Assembly (NCBI RefSeq): GCF_009914755.1
Contig: NC_060936.1
Reading direction: 5' to 3' (one strand)
Source: the human T2T-CHM13v2.0 reference genome, Homo sapiens
Length of the DNA stretch: 64,000 nucleotides
A model generated the notes under the pieces. The model made no database searches and had not been told where the DNA came from. It saw only the letters and a list, made by a program, of their open reading frames with translations. Below, one piece after another: positions 14,391 through 32,107 of this stretch. Position numbers and translations under genes: made by a program. Each line of letters begins with the position of its first letter. Positions within the stretch are counted from its first letter, which is position 1.

Positions 14391-15244
14391 TACCTATAAT
14401 CTTAAGTATATACGTAACAATGCTACAATAAGGGGGACTTTAAAAAGTCAGTAATTCAGATTATATGTTTTTCTTATCTGTCTTCCCATCCTCTTCCTGA
14501 TTTCCTAATCCCAGGTTCTGACACTATCCTCCAACCTTGATCTAAGCAAATTTCAGGGAGGAATTAATCTACCTCTTTATCCTCATTCCGTATTTATTTG
14601 CCTATTTATGCTCATTTCTATTTTCTCACCTTCCCTTGCTTTGCTCTTTTTGCAAAAAGTCACATTTCCCAGGCTCCCTTCCCAACTGGCTTCTAGTTAG
14701 ATTTGGGCAACTGAAGATAACGGGACAGCAGGAGGAGGAAAACCAGCCTGTATCTTCCCTTTCTTTGTTTCAGGGTGCTTCTCCCATAGTGACTGCCTCT
14801 CTTTTCTGGTCCAGCTGCCTCCAGGCAGCCATAGCTCCTGGACTCCGGTAATACCACCTGTCCCTTTGGTCCCTCCAGCTTTGGGGTAGTAGCCCTGCTC
14901 TGCCTTATTCCTTATAAGTTTCCTGTTTTCTATCCGCCTTTTCAGTTTTTCTAATGTCTTTTCAAACAAGTTCTCCATAATTAACTTTTTACTATTAAAC
15001 TTGCTGGCATGGGTTCTGTTTTCCTGAGCAGACATTGACTGATAAGAGTTCTCCATATTCAGTTAGTAACCAAGCCTTGTCAATCTGTAGCTCTCTATAT
15101 TTCTCTTCACCTTTTTTTGCTGCCCTAGTACAGTCCAGCAACTCATACCTAGACTAACTTCTCCATTTCCAATCTTTTGACCTTCAGTCTAATTCCCCTT
15201 AAAGACTTACTCCATGCAACCACCAGAAAAAAAAAAAAAAAAGG

Positions 15245-15572
15245 GAAATCATGTCCTTTGCAGCAACACGGATGCAGCTGGTCACCATTATCCTAAATGA
15301 ATTGACACAGGAACAGAAAACCAAACACTGCATGTTCTCACTTATAAGTGGGAGCTAAACATTGGGTACACATGGACACAAAGATGGGAGCAATAAACAT
15401 TGGAGATTCCAAAGAGGGAAGGGAGGGAAAGGGGCAAGGATTGAAAAACTACCTATCGGATACTATGTTCACTACTTGGGTGATGGGATAATTAGAAGCC
15501 CAAACTTCAGCATCACACAATATACCCATGTAACAAACCTGCACATGTACCATCTGAATCTAAAATAATAAT
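15245..15572 (+). mobile_element. L1PB-type 3' end
   Basis: AAATCATGTCCTTTGCAGCAACA...TTGAAAAACTACCTATCGG...GTAACAAACCTGCACATGTAC...TCTAAAATAA. Confidence 0.85.
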
Positions 15573-15661
15573 TTTTTAAAAGAGGACTATAACATGAAAA
15601 AAAGAAAAATAGTCACCTTATTTTGCCCTTGTCACTATTAACCTCATTGAAAACCCCTCCA

Positions 15662-16030
<369 letters not shown>

Positions 16031-16776
16031 TTATATCTTACACAAGAGCTAAGCTCCTTAGCATGAAGGACAAGGCTTTTTACAACCCATCTCTACCCTA
16101 GCCAGCTTCCTCTCTTGCTTCTCAAGGTTCTAGTAACAGCACATTGCTTACAACACTGGCTCACACACCCACTCACATTATGTGCATACACACAGCGACT
16201 CATATAAACATCCTGCTCTTCCTTCTCGCTGGTCTTGTCAGTTTCCTTCTTACCTATCTACTTCTGGCTGACTTTAACTCTCCTTCAAAACGCATCTCAG
16301 AAAGAATGTCTTCTCTGGAAAGCTTCTCTGAACACCCACGCTGGGCTGCCTCTGGGCTCATGCATACTTCTATGACTGCAGTTACCATGTTTTATTAAGA
16401 TACCCTGTTTACAAGTCTTTTTCACTTATGTGGAGTGCCTCAAGAGCTCCAAAAATGCCCTCCTCATTTGTCTATGCTTCCATACTTTCTATCAAGAGAT
16501 ACTGGTGGAAATGAACTGAGCCATATCCCCATGTGCCCTGGCAGCCCAAATTAGAAACCAGTGAGTCATCCTTAATTTCCTTCTCCTTTACCCCCACATC
16601 CAATTGTCAATAAGTCCTCACTATTTTACCTCAGAAATTTCTCTGATATCTTGACCCTTTCTCTCTCACTCCATAGCCACTACCCTAATCTTCTAAGTCT
16701 GTGTTTTTAAGCTTTCTTCAACCATGACCCACGGTAAGAAATACATTTTGCATTGTGACACAAGAAATGCATTCTG

Positions 16777-17573
<797 letters not shown>

Positions 17574-18165
17574 ATTCTGAAGTTCAGATTTTTAATAAAG
17601 TCACTTTTATATAAAACACAATTTTGTAAAATGTAGCCAAGAGGGAATCTACTCAAGATTTAAATCCAACAATTAACTATCCATGTTTTCCTCATTTTAA
17701 CATTATACTTCATGGTTTCAATCTTGTCATACTTTTTATCCAAAATGACAGTGTCTATGTTGAAAGTTAACGTTTCTGTAGTTAAACATGCTAAATTTTA
17801 AGTAAGCTCACTTTCTTCATTTTAAATAGTTAAATCTATCATAGAAGAGAGTTTATTAAAAATTTAAACTGCCCAGAAAGTTTATGCATAACCTGTAATT
17901 ATGAATACATAAAATGGGAGATGGATGAAACAACATTTTTTGGTTGTGACCCACTAAAATCATTTCAGGATTCACTAACGGGTTGTGAACCACAGTTTGA
18001 AAAACCCCTGTTCTAGGCTCTCGTGATCACTTGTCTAAGTTACAGTTACTTCCCATCTTGTCTCTTTGTCTCCAGTCTGGCTTCTGTGCAGCTACCTTTC
18101 TGAAAAAAGACAGCTCTAACCCTGTCACTTTTTTCTTAGAAAAAAAAAATGTCCTTGGAGCCTGA

Positions 18166-18531
<366 letters not shown>

Positions 18532-18933
18532 AAAATCCATATTTCATAGCATGATATCTAGGGTCCTCCACAACCAGCCCCACTGTAATATTTCACCCTT
18601 ATCTCTACCCAGTGCCCTCACTCTCCACTACACCTCACTTCCATGAACTTTCCCCCCACTTGCTAACTCTCCTATCTCCATCTTTTCACCACTGCTGTTC
18701 CCTCCACTTGACATGCCCTTCCCCTCCGGATAGGTCTGTTAATCCTACTTTATTCTTCCATAGCCAAGTATCAATGGCATTATTTCTTTATACCTTCTCC
18801 ACCTTCACCCTCACCTCTGAGAGTCTCGCAGATTAATTGCTCCCTCATTCAACATAGGTACCATCATGTTGGACACAAAGTACGACAGGGTTGAAACCAT
18901 AAAGTGCAATGTAGGGTTTATTACCTGGAAAAT

Positions 18934-19240
18934 AAATGACAAAAAAAAATGGAGAGTTAATTGTTGTATTTAAATCTTGAGTAGATTCCCTCTCTTAGTT
19001 GCATTTTGCGAATTGTTCACATCGCATATAAAAGTGACTTTATTAAAATTTGAACTGCAAAATGCATTTCTTGTGTCACAATGTAAAATGTATTTCTTAC
19101 CATGCCTCATGGTCGAAGAAAGCTTAAAAACACAGAAGATTAGGGCAGTGGCTACAGGGTAAGAGAGAAGGGTCAAATCAGAGAAATTTCCGAGGTAAAA
19201 TAATCAGGACTTATTAAGGACTCGTTAAGCCTTGACAATT
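18934..19240 (-). repeat. Inverted duplicate of 16602-16776 + 17574-17697
   Basis: reverse complement aligns continuously across both segments, roughly 85% by eye. Confidence 0.9.
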
Positions 19241-19931
19241 TTGGCATTTATCATAGTTGGCTTTATATGAATTTTAATAGGTACCTGTGTCATCCTTCTG
19301 AGCATCAGCCTCTTGAAGGCAGTCTGGGCAACATTAAAAGAGATAAAGACTGTAAAGCACTTGGAACACAAGTCAGCAGGATCAATAAATATACATTTCT
19401 TTTCATCTCATTCATCTTTTGTGTCCTATCACCTAACCATATGATGCTCAATAAATGTGTGTTGACTTTCAGTACATAACTGACCACTTTACAGTTACAT
19501 TGCATATTAATAATACTCAATATTTATACACTACTTTATATCTTACAAACTGTTTTTATTGTGATAATCCATGGGGTATATTGTAGGTAGGTAGGACAAA
19601 ACAAATTCCAGTTTACCAAGAATGAAGCCAAGGAAGGACCCAGAGAGGCTGTGCTATTGGTTGAGGCCACACTGCTAAACTCAAATCTAGCCCTGACTCC
19701 AAATCTGGCTGTATCTTGTTTTCTTTTGGGCAGGACTATCCTAGGCCACGAATGCCTGCCTTGCAGTCACCCACTTACCAGTGGAGCCCTGCCAAGACTC
19801 AGAAGTGCCATGGGTCTCATTAGGTCCCAATATACACCTTTATATCCCCAGCCTTGACTCTCCCGAGTTTCAGTCCTACTTCTTCAAAGACATTATGAAT
19901 AAAGTTTCTTTTCTGAAGGTAGCTTCCCTCA

Positions 19932-20375
<444 letters not shown>

Positions 20376-20624
20376 TTAGGCCTAGGTTTCATAAGATGTC
20401 TTAAAACAATAAGCGATAATGATGCGGCATGTCTAGGAACCCACTCTAAACATCTTTCCCTTTCACTTGGAGGATGAAGGGTGACAAGGATGACAGGCAC
20501 AAAGCATCAAATGGTAACTCCTAAGCTCCATTTTAGCAAGTGGTGGGAAAGACAATCCAGATTTACCCAATGTCTTTTACGTCCTGAGAACTCAATGTGC
20601 ACATTTTTTTCTAATTCTCTCAAC

Positions 20625-22798
<2,174 letters not shown>

Positions 22799-23159
22799 AA
22801 ATCACTCAGTTCTTTAGTTTCCCTGTAGGTTTAATGAGGAGAAAAGAATCTGCCATTACCCAATGGCCTGAACTAGGAGTAAAGTGCTTATACAAAGATT
22901 AATCATTAAGCGACTTTATTATAGGATACTGTTGCAAACACGAGGCAATGAGAAAATGAGCTTAAGTATCTTGGGTTTTCCTAAAAAGTATCTCTTACAT
23001 GAGGACACACAAAAAAACATGTCACCTGACACCTTCCGTGTTTAACCGGGACTAGGTTTATCGAAGTTGACAGGATAGCAGGATTGAATGAAAGTCTTTG
23101 CCTTCCTGGTATGAGGTGAGCCTGGAAGGTCCCCACCCAGACCTCTCCCCACTGTGATA

Positions 23160-23375
23160 ATGCGAGAAGTTAAGAGGCTTTGGAGTCAGACTGCCTGGGC
23201 TCACCTTCTCTCAGCTGGTGGACACACGGATCCTCAGAGTCTGTTTGCTTATCTGTAAAGTGGGGTAACAGTACTGGCTTCAACCAGCTACTATGAGAAT
23301 TAAATGTGATAATGACTGACAAAGCAGGCAGCATGCTGCCTAGAGCGTAACAGTCCATAATCATTAGCTATTATC
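23160..23375 (+). mobile_element. MIR
   Basis: GGCTTTGGAGTCAGACTGCCTGGG...ATCTGTAAAGTGGGG...GAGAATTAAATG. Confidence 0.75.
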
Positions 23376-24054
23376 GTCACCTTCGTGTGTGTTAAGCTTT
23401 GCCTAGGGGTGGAGTGGGGCAGGACCCTAGAACTGGTTACTAAGGTTACCTTCTAATGACCCTGAATGTAGGAGTGAGGGAACGACGGAGCAGGTGAAGC
23501 TAGTGTCAAACTCTTGAACGTGTTCCAAGAGGTCATATGTACTAAATCACAACATTCTGTTTCACGTTTGTCCCTAAGGGATTTTTAACAGCAGCGACAA
23601 AACCTCAAGAGAAGGGTCCCTGATAGGGAACAATCTTGTGATCACATCCTTAAATACCGAGAAATGAGACCCTTCACAACGTGTTAAGAAATCGTCCAGT
23701 CCTGCATGCTGCTAGGATCTCTAACCACTCACCACTTGTATTCCTGGGGTGGACGTGAGCTCGCGCTAAACTAAGGACACCAGCCGAGCATTCAGCGCGG
23801 TTCCCTACGCCCTCCAGGAATTTTGGAAAGCTATCCAAGCTCGGCGCTATCTTTAAAAGGAATGAGTTGTGGCTCCTAACTAGCTTGCCGAGGAGAGCGT
23901 AGAGTGACACGGGACGGGGGCCCAGGGCACTGAGGCCAAGAGTTCCCGAGTCACGCCAGTGCTCGCCCCTTTGGCCTTTGCCTAAAATCCTGCGATGCCT
24001 CGCTGACAAAGCACCCAGTGCCAGAGCCTGCGGCCCAGCGAAGCTGCTCCCTGG

Positions 24055-24056
<2 letters not shown>

Positions 24057-24086
<30 letters not shown>
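24057..24086. repeat. (AC)15 microsatellite followed by a G-run cluster (24091-24111)
   Basis: direct read. Confidence 0.95.
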
Positions 24087-24092
<6 letters not shown>

Positions 24093-24756
24093 GGGTGGGG
24101 AGAGGGAAAGGTTTAGGTTTAGGAGAGGAAGCCAGCCAGCCAGCCCTGCAGATGCAACCGTTGCAATTTGGGTCTCTTCTGTCTTCTGACGTAATGCCAG
24201 TTTCCTGCTTTCGCGCTGCAGTGTGCAGTTCGCTGCTGGGAAGTCAGATCAATCGATTGAACGCCAAGATCATCACTGCCACTATCTTGCGATTTATTTT
24301 CCACGAATACACTTTAATTGGCCCGAGCCCCGCCCCCAAATTCCACGACTTTTGGCTTTTCAAGAAGCATTGTTCTCCCCTCCCCCCAGGAAGGCCGCCT
24401 CTACGCACAGCCAGCATCAGGAAACGGCGCCGCTCGGGGCTCCGATGGAGAGCCGGGGTGGGGTCGGCTCAAACCTTCTGCCCCCTGCTCTTTTGAGATT
24501 CCTGATCCCTGGCTTTGTCTTAAGCAAAAGTACTGTAGAAGCTGCAGCGTTTCCTCCCCCTTTCCAGAAACCGAGCGAGGACGTGGGGGAAAAGCCACCC
24601 TGGAACGTGTAAGGACGCTCCCCCACGCCCAACACGCCACAGGGCCGGGATGCGCGGCTGCCGCCCCGCCACCTCACGCGCGCAGCGCTAACTGCAGCTC
24701 CGCAGCCACCGCCGTCGCCGCCGCCCTGCCGAGCCCGGGGAGACTCCCAAGGGCTC

Positions 24757-24860
24757 TTTAAATACGAGCTATAAATACTACAGGCGCTCGGCGCGTGCGT
24801 CACGACACATCCGGCTCCCGATTGGGCGGCGTAACCTCGCTTATTTGCATAGGCCGATTG
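24757..24860 (-). promoter_or_regulatory. Core/proximal promoter: octamer, CCAAT, ETS, CRE-like site and two TATA-like boxes; predicted TSS ~24725-24745
   Basis: minus-strand order: ATGCAAAT (24843-24850), CCAAT (24821-24825), CCGGATGT (24807-24814), TGACGCA (24796-24802), TATTTATA (24770-24777), TATTTAAA (24757-24764). Confidence 0.75.
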
Positions 24861-27282
24861 CACAACCGGGCGGCGACCTCAGCCCGGTGCTCGTGCCACG
24901 CCTTCCCCACTTCTGCCGGCACGCGGGGCCGCGGGCGGGACAGCGGGGTGGCGATTGCGGCGTCCAGAGTCCCTTGAACTCGGGAACCTTTCAAGTCCTG
25001 AGTCAGGCGGCGGTCCTCCGGGACGCCAGTGCCTCTCAGAAGGCTCAGTTTTGGCCAGCCAAGGGCTTACCGTTTAAACTGGGTCTTTTTTATTTCTACA
25101 GAAAAGGATAGTTTTCAGAGTGACACCCCAGCAAACGCTCTGGGTGGCTCGCAGAGGCTGAGTTTAAACCACGTGAGACCTGGCCGCGGCGAGAGTCCTG
25201 TCCAATGACTTGCGACTTGGGGTGTTCAAAAAGGGCTTTTCGCATGATCTCTAATAAGACCTCGTTATCTTGAAAACGAAACAGGGAGGGTTCGAAAACG
25301 CAAGATGTGTAATGCCTTGTGGTTTAAACCTAGTTTTTAAAAAATGCACCAATGAGCCAATATGAAACAGCGACATGGAGACTTTCCCCCATTGCGGCTC
25401 TGGGGGTAGAGAATCTCTTGTAGCAATGGAAAATGTTCAGCTCCTTGATCCAGACCCGAGTGGATTCTCTCCAGGGAGCGGGTGGGTGGCGAAGGTCAGA
25501 GAGAGGGGAAAAAAGACCACGCTTTGGAATTAGGGAAGCAACCCAGTGTTGTGGGTGTAGAGGCACCGAGGATTCTGTTGCAGGGGGTGCCAGTGATTGC
25601 CCTGTATAAATACGTAGATACTATTATATATTAATATTAGGTTGTTACAAAATCGTCTGTGTCTTCAGGATGCAAACTGAGAATAGTAGCTGTTTCTGCT
25701 ATTTGCTCCAAACACCGCTATATTATAGTGAACTCTTTACTTTTGAGTGGGATTAAATACAGTGACTTTTAATGCCTTCGCTTTGCTTTACAATGTTCTT
25801 CCCTTAAAATGCTCGTGTCATATTCTAAAGTTCTAAGCCTTCCTGTAGCGATACGGGGATGACTGCTTAAGTATATATGTTGGTGTCTTACACAGTGGGT
25901 CCTCAGCAAATATTAGTGGAATGAATCAGACATAAACATTTATTCAGAAGAGTTAACTAAGCATGTACTAATAACAAAGACCTTATTAAATTATATTTCA
26001 TAATTGTTCTACTTTGACATCCCCCCCACCGCCCCGAATAAAACTTAAAGCTCAGACGGACTCTTGTTATTTGAAGACAATACTTTCAACTACTGCTGAA
26101 GGTTGGATGTGTAGCGAATATGCTGTCCTAACAGCTTTTTAAAAAGAACTGCGGATTTTAACAGAAGAGCTCCCCCTGCTGTCAAATGGTTTATGGGCAA
26201 CGCGCCTGGAACGTCTAGAACACCTGGCATGGGCCCACTGCAAAGCTGGAAAGCTGACCTTCAAGATAGTTTTCACTGAGACTCATCTCTTAAAGTTACT
26301 TTTAATCATTTATTGACAAGCAAGTGTGATCATTCAGTAGGGAATACTACCTGAAATATCTTTCTCATATCCATAGCAATCGAAACCGGTTTAAAACCAA
26401 TCTTGATGATATTAAAGTAAAACATGGATTTGTTTCACAGTCATTATTCTCTGCGTTAATATACACCAATGTAACAAAAAAAGTTTTAGTCATCAAAATA
26501 GTTTTCCCAACAATTTTAGTACTGTACAGGTTGAATCATCAAGATGAACTGATGTGAATGCACACTACTTACACCAGTCTTACACCAGTCTTTCCCTTCT
26601 CAGCTTGTTTCCCTGTGCCTTCATTACTGTTTCTAGTATTCCAGACCAAGAATAAGTACGCTTATAACCACTGCCTTCTTGGTAATAGTCTTATTTTTCT
26701 TTTTCCTTAAGTGTTTTAAATGTGACATTCCTTTTTACTAATTCGTTTCTTTGTCGTCCTTATTAATATGCCAAGATGAAAACATATTTTTAAAAAGTCC
26801 CAAGTAACTGTGTAAGTTGAAAACTGCACATCTTGGCTGTTAGCTTCCATTGGTTTTCAGAACTGTTCATCTTGAGGAGGAAACAGCTACCTTCAGAGGT
26901 CGGCTGCTGGTACAGCTTTGAGTCACTAGGAGGTAAGAGGATAACTGGTAAACCACGAATGAAGCGATAAAGGAGGTGTGTCTCTACCATAAATGCTAAT
27001 GTGGGCAATTCAGCTGCATTTTTCACAATAAGCACTTTACCACACTTTATAGAAGCATTCAGATAATGATCACCAATTATTCTGTGGTTCTCCATGCTCT
27101 CTCAGTTGCAGAGGCAGCAATGGAAATAAGAGTTGGTCTTTATGCAGGAACATGTATTTAGAAAACGCTTTGGTATTCTACAGGGCTGGGAAGAGACTCT
27201 GTTCTTTTGTTAGCCAGGGGTAAACAGGCCAGCACTCTCATAGAAGTGAGAAGTACTCCTGCTGCTCTATGAACTGGGTCCT

Positions 27283-28339
<1,057 letters not shown>

Positions 28340-28760
28340 GGCCCATTTTCCCAGTTAATAGTCCAGGAACCACATCTTTTTCATATGTGTAGTCATGAGT
28401 TCACCACACCTCAAGCCAGTTCTAAGGTTAGAAAATGGATATTGGATGTTGGTGCCATCAGAATATGCCTGGCAACATGTTTGCCTTTTTAGTGGTAATT
28501 AAAAAAGTTGTCGTATCTATAGAAGTTCACATTTCTATTGTGCATGCACAGTAGATAAAAATATTTCAAGGCTTGGGGGTAGATTGGCTGTGTGACAAAA
28601 GCCTTATGAATTGGCCCAGCTTCCATGAAGTTAGGGCTGCAAGTACCTGAGGTCAGGGAATGATTAGACAGTTAATTAATCTGTAGTAGACTGCAATGCT
28701 GGCTTCTCAGATCTACCAGCTGAGGGATAGCCTCTGAACTGTAAGAAACTATAAGAAAAG

Positions 28761-28955
28761 TTCAGCCTCCCAAATAGCTGGGACTACAGGTGTACACCAC
28801 CACACTTGGCTAAATTTTTTTTTTTTGTATTTTTAGTAGAAACAGGGTTTTGCCATGTTGCCCAGGCTGGTCTCTAACTTCTGGGCTCAAGCAATCCTCC
28901 TACCTCAGCCTCCCAAAGTGCTAGGATTACAGGCATGAGCCATTGCACTCAGCTA
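28761..28955 (-). mobile_element. Partial Alu
   Basis: begins within the right arm, no tail. Confidence 0.85.
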
Positions 28956-29030
28956 AGTGTCACAAGTATTCTTAACACTTCTGGATTCAGATGGTATAAA
29001 ATAACATCATTAATTGCACTTACTCTACTC

Positions 29031-29230
29031 CAGGTGTGTCCAGTCTTTTGGCTTCCCTGGGCCACACTGGAAGAAGAAGACTTATCTTGGGCCACACATA
29101 AAATACACTGACACTAACGAAGAACTTCAAAAAAAATTGGCCAAAAAAACTCATAATGTCTTAAGAAAGTTTACGAATTTGTGTTGGGCCACATTCAAAG
29201 TCGTCCTGGGCTGCAAGTTGGACAAGCTTG
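29031..29230. mobile_element. MER30 (hAT MITE)
   Basis: CAGGTGTGTCCAGTCTTTTGGCTTCCCTGGGCCACA...GTTGGACAAGCTTG; 8-bp TSD C(T/C)CTACTC. Confidence 0.85.
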
Positions 29231-29368
29231 CCCTACTCTAAAGCAATATAGTTTATTTTATAACCATATAATGATTTTGAGATGATCTTTATGGGACTTT
29301 GAAGCTTCTCTTATCCTGAAGACATTTCCCTAAAGCCCTATAGAATAAATATCCAAATATCCAGTACC

Positions 29369-29675
29369 AGCCGGGCGCGGTGGCTCATGCCTGTAATCCC
29401 AGCACTTTGGGAGGCCAAGGCGGGTGGATCACGAGGTCAGGAGATCAAGACCATCTTGGCTCACACGGTGAAACCCCGTCTCCACTAAAAATACAAAAAA
29501 TTAGCCAGGTGTGGTGGCAGGTGCCTGTAGTCCCAGCAACTCAGGAGGCTGAGGTAGGAGAATTGCTTGAACCTGGGAGGCAGAGCTTGCAGTGAGTCAA
29601 GATGGTGCCACTGCACTCCAGCCTGGGCGACAAAGCGAGACTCAGTCTCAAACAAACAAACAAAAAAACACAAAA
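29369..29675 (+). mobile_element. Alu (AluSc-like)
   Basis: full dimer; TSD AAATATCCAGTAC. Confidence 0.9.
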
Positions 29676-29780
29676 GAATAAATATCCAGTACGGGTGGCA
29701 ATCAGCCCCAAGACACAGCAAAAATGAAAACATCTCCTGAATCACCGAAACAGAGAGGCAGTATAATCTATGGTTCACAG

Positions 29781-31117
29781 TGAGAGGTGACAGCGTGCTG
29801 GCAGTCCTCACAGCCCTCGCTCACTCTCGGCGCCTCCTCTGCTTGGGCTCCCACTTTGGCGTCACTTGAGGAGCCCTTCAGCCCGCCGCTGCACTGTGGG
29901 AGCCCCTTTCTGGGCTGGCCAAGGCAGGAGCCCACTCCCTCAGCTTGCAGGGAGGTGTGGAGGGAGAGGCACGAGCGGGAACCGGGGCTGCGCGCGGTGC
30001 TTGCGGGCCAGCTGGAGTTCCGGGTGGCCGTGGGCTTGGGGGGCCCCGCACTCCGAGTAGCTGGCCAGCCCTGCCGGCCCCGGGCAATGAGGGGCTTAGC
30101 ACCCGAGCCAGCGGCTGCGGAGGGTGTACTGGGTCCCCCAGCAGTGCCAGCCCGCCGGCGCTGCGCTTGATTTCTCGCAGGGCCTTAGCTGCCTTCCCGC
30201 AGGGCAGGGCTCGGGACCTGCAGCCCACCATGCCTGAGCCTCCCACCCCCTCCATGGGCTCCTATGCGGCCCGAGCCTCCGTGACGAGTGCCACCCCCTG
30301 CTCCACAGCGCCCAGTCCCATTGACCACCCAAGGGCTGAGGAGTGCGAGCGCATGCCACAGGACTGGTAGGCAGCTCCATCTGCAGCCCTGGTGCAGGAT
30401 CCACTGGGTGAAGCCAGCTGGGCTCCAGCTGGGCTCCTGAGTCTGGTGAGGACCTGGAGAACCTTTATGTCTAGCTCAGGGATTGTAAATACACCAATTG
30501 GCACTCTATCTAGCTCAAGGTTTGTAAACACACCAATCAGCACCCTGTGTCTAGCTCAGGGTTTGTGAATGCACCAATGGACACTCTGTATCTAGCTACT
30601 CTGGTGGGGCCTTGGAGAACCTTTGTGTCCATACTCTGTATCTAACTAATCTGGTGGGGATGTGGAGAACCTTTGTGTCTAGCTCAGGGATTGTAAACGC
30701 ACCAATCAGCCCTCTGTCAAAACAGACCACTGGGCTCTACCAATCAGCAGGACGTGGGTGGGGCCAGATAAGAGAATAAAAGCAGGCTGCCGGAGCCAGC
30801 AGTGGGAACCCACTCGGGTCCCCTTCCACACTGCGGAAGCTTTGTTCTTTCACTCTTTGCAATAAATCTTGCTACTGCTCACTCTTTGGGTCCACACTGC
30901 CTTTATGAGCTGTAACGCTCACCGTGAAGGTGTGCAGCTTCACTCCTGAGCCAGCGAGACCAGAAACCCACCAGAAGGAAGAAACTTTGAACACATCCGA
31001 ACATCAGAAGGAACAAACTCCGGACGCGCCACCTTAAGAGCTGTAACACTCACCGCGAGGGTCCGCGGCTTCATTCTTGAAGTCAGTGAGACCAAGAACC
31101 CACCAATTCCAGACACA
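29781..31117 (+). mobile_element. LTR12C solo LTR (ERV9 family)
   Basis: TGAGAGGTGACAGCG start, CCAATTCCAGACACA end, TSD ACAG (29777-29780 / 31118-31121), five CCAAT repeats, AGATAAGAGAATAAAAG TATA-like box. Confidence 0.95.
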
Positions 31118-31124
31118 ACAGCAC

Positions 31125-31335
31125 ATGCCCTGAGGTGTGGCAGACTTGGGTTCCTATCTCAGTTCCTGGACACAATAGTTGCATGATCTCAGCATATTTA
31201 TTCTCTCTGTGTCTTGGTTTCCTCAACTGTAAATTAGATTAGAATAACGTCTATCTCAAACAGGTGTTAAGAGGATTAAATAAGATATTCTAAGTTTAGC
31301 TCTGAACACAGTGTCTTACACAGAGTGAGTGCTCA
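31125..31335 (+). mobile_element. MIR
   Basis: GGCAGACTTGGGTTC...GGTTTCCTCAACTGTAAA...GAGGATTAAATAAGAT. Confidence 0.7.
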
Positions 31336-31762
31336 TTTTTGTTGATTTTATTTTTATTAAATAGCTCTATTTTAATCTATATAAGGTATGACCCAAGAAG
31401 AAGCACTACTTAGCCTAAAGTATTATTGAATTGTTTGCCCAAAGATTTAGTAGAGCCCATTGACATTACGTATAAGTGAGTCAATTACTTGGAAAATGGA
31501 AAAAAGGGAAAACTAGGTTTTTTCCTCAGAACCCTTCTATGAAAGGGTTTTCCTTGGAAGGATAACCCTTGGAAGATAACCCTTGGAAGGGCTATCTAGT
31601 GGATATTTATCCGCTAGAGCCTGGGTGTGACCTGGGAAGTCCTCACAGCCTCTTGCTCCACAGAGAAAGAGGCCACTGCTCAGTAGTTAGGATAAAATCT
31701 AACCCCAACTCCTGTGTGGACGGGATGGAGATGGCAGAACAATCTAAAAAAAAGGTATTGCT

Positions 31763-32107
<345 letters not shown>

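Larger units (their letters stand above)
23700..25250. promoter_or_regulatory. CpG island in unique sequence
   Basis: GC-rich, CpG-dense non-repeat stretch with core ~24400-25030 (GCGCGCAGCG, CCGCCGTCGCCGCCG). Confidence 0.9.

Noticed and set aside
23674-25111. Overlapping 60-172 aa ORFs in the CpG island, and a possible histone gene behind the octamer
   Set aside because: No histone-fold or other recognisable protein, many non-ATG starts, no histone stem-loop; typical of GC-rich DNA.
26577-26592. Small tandem duplications (CTTACACCAGT x2 here; 21-bp duplication in the Alu at ~57715-57757)
   Set aside because: Ordinary slippage events with no further signal.
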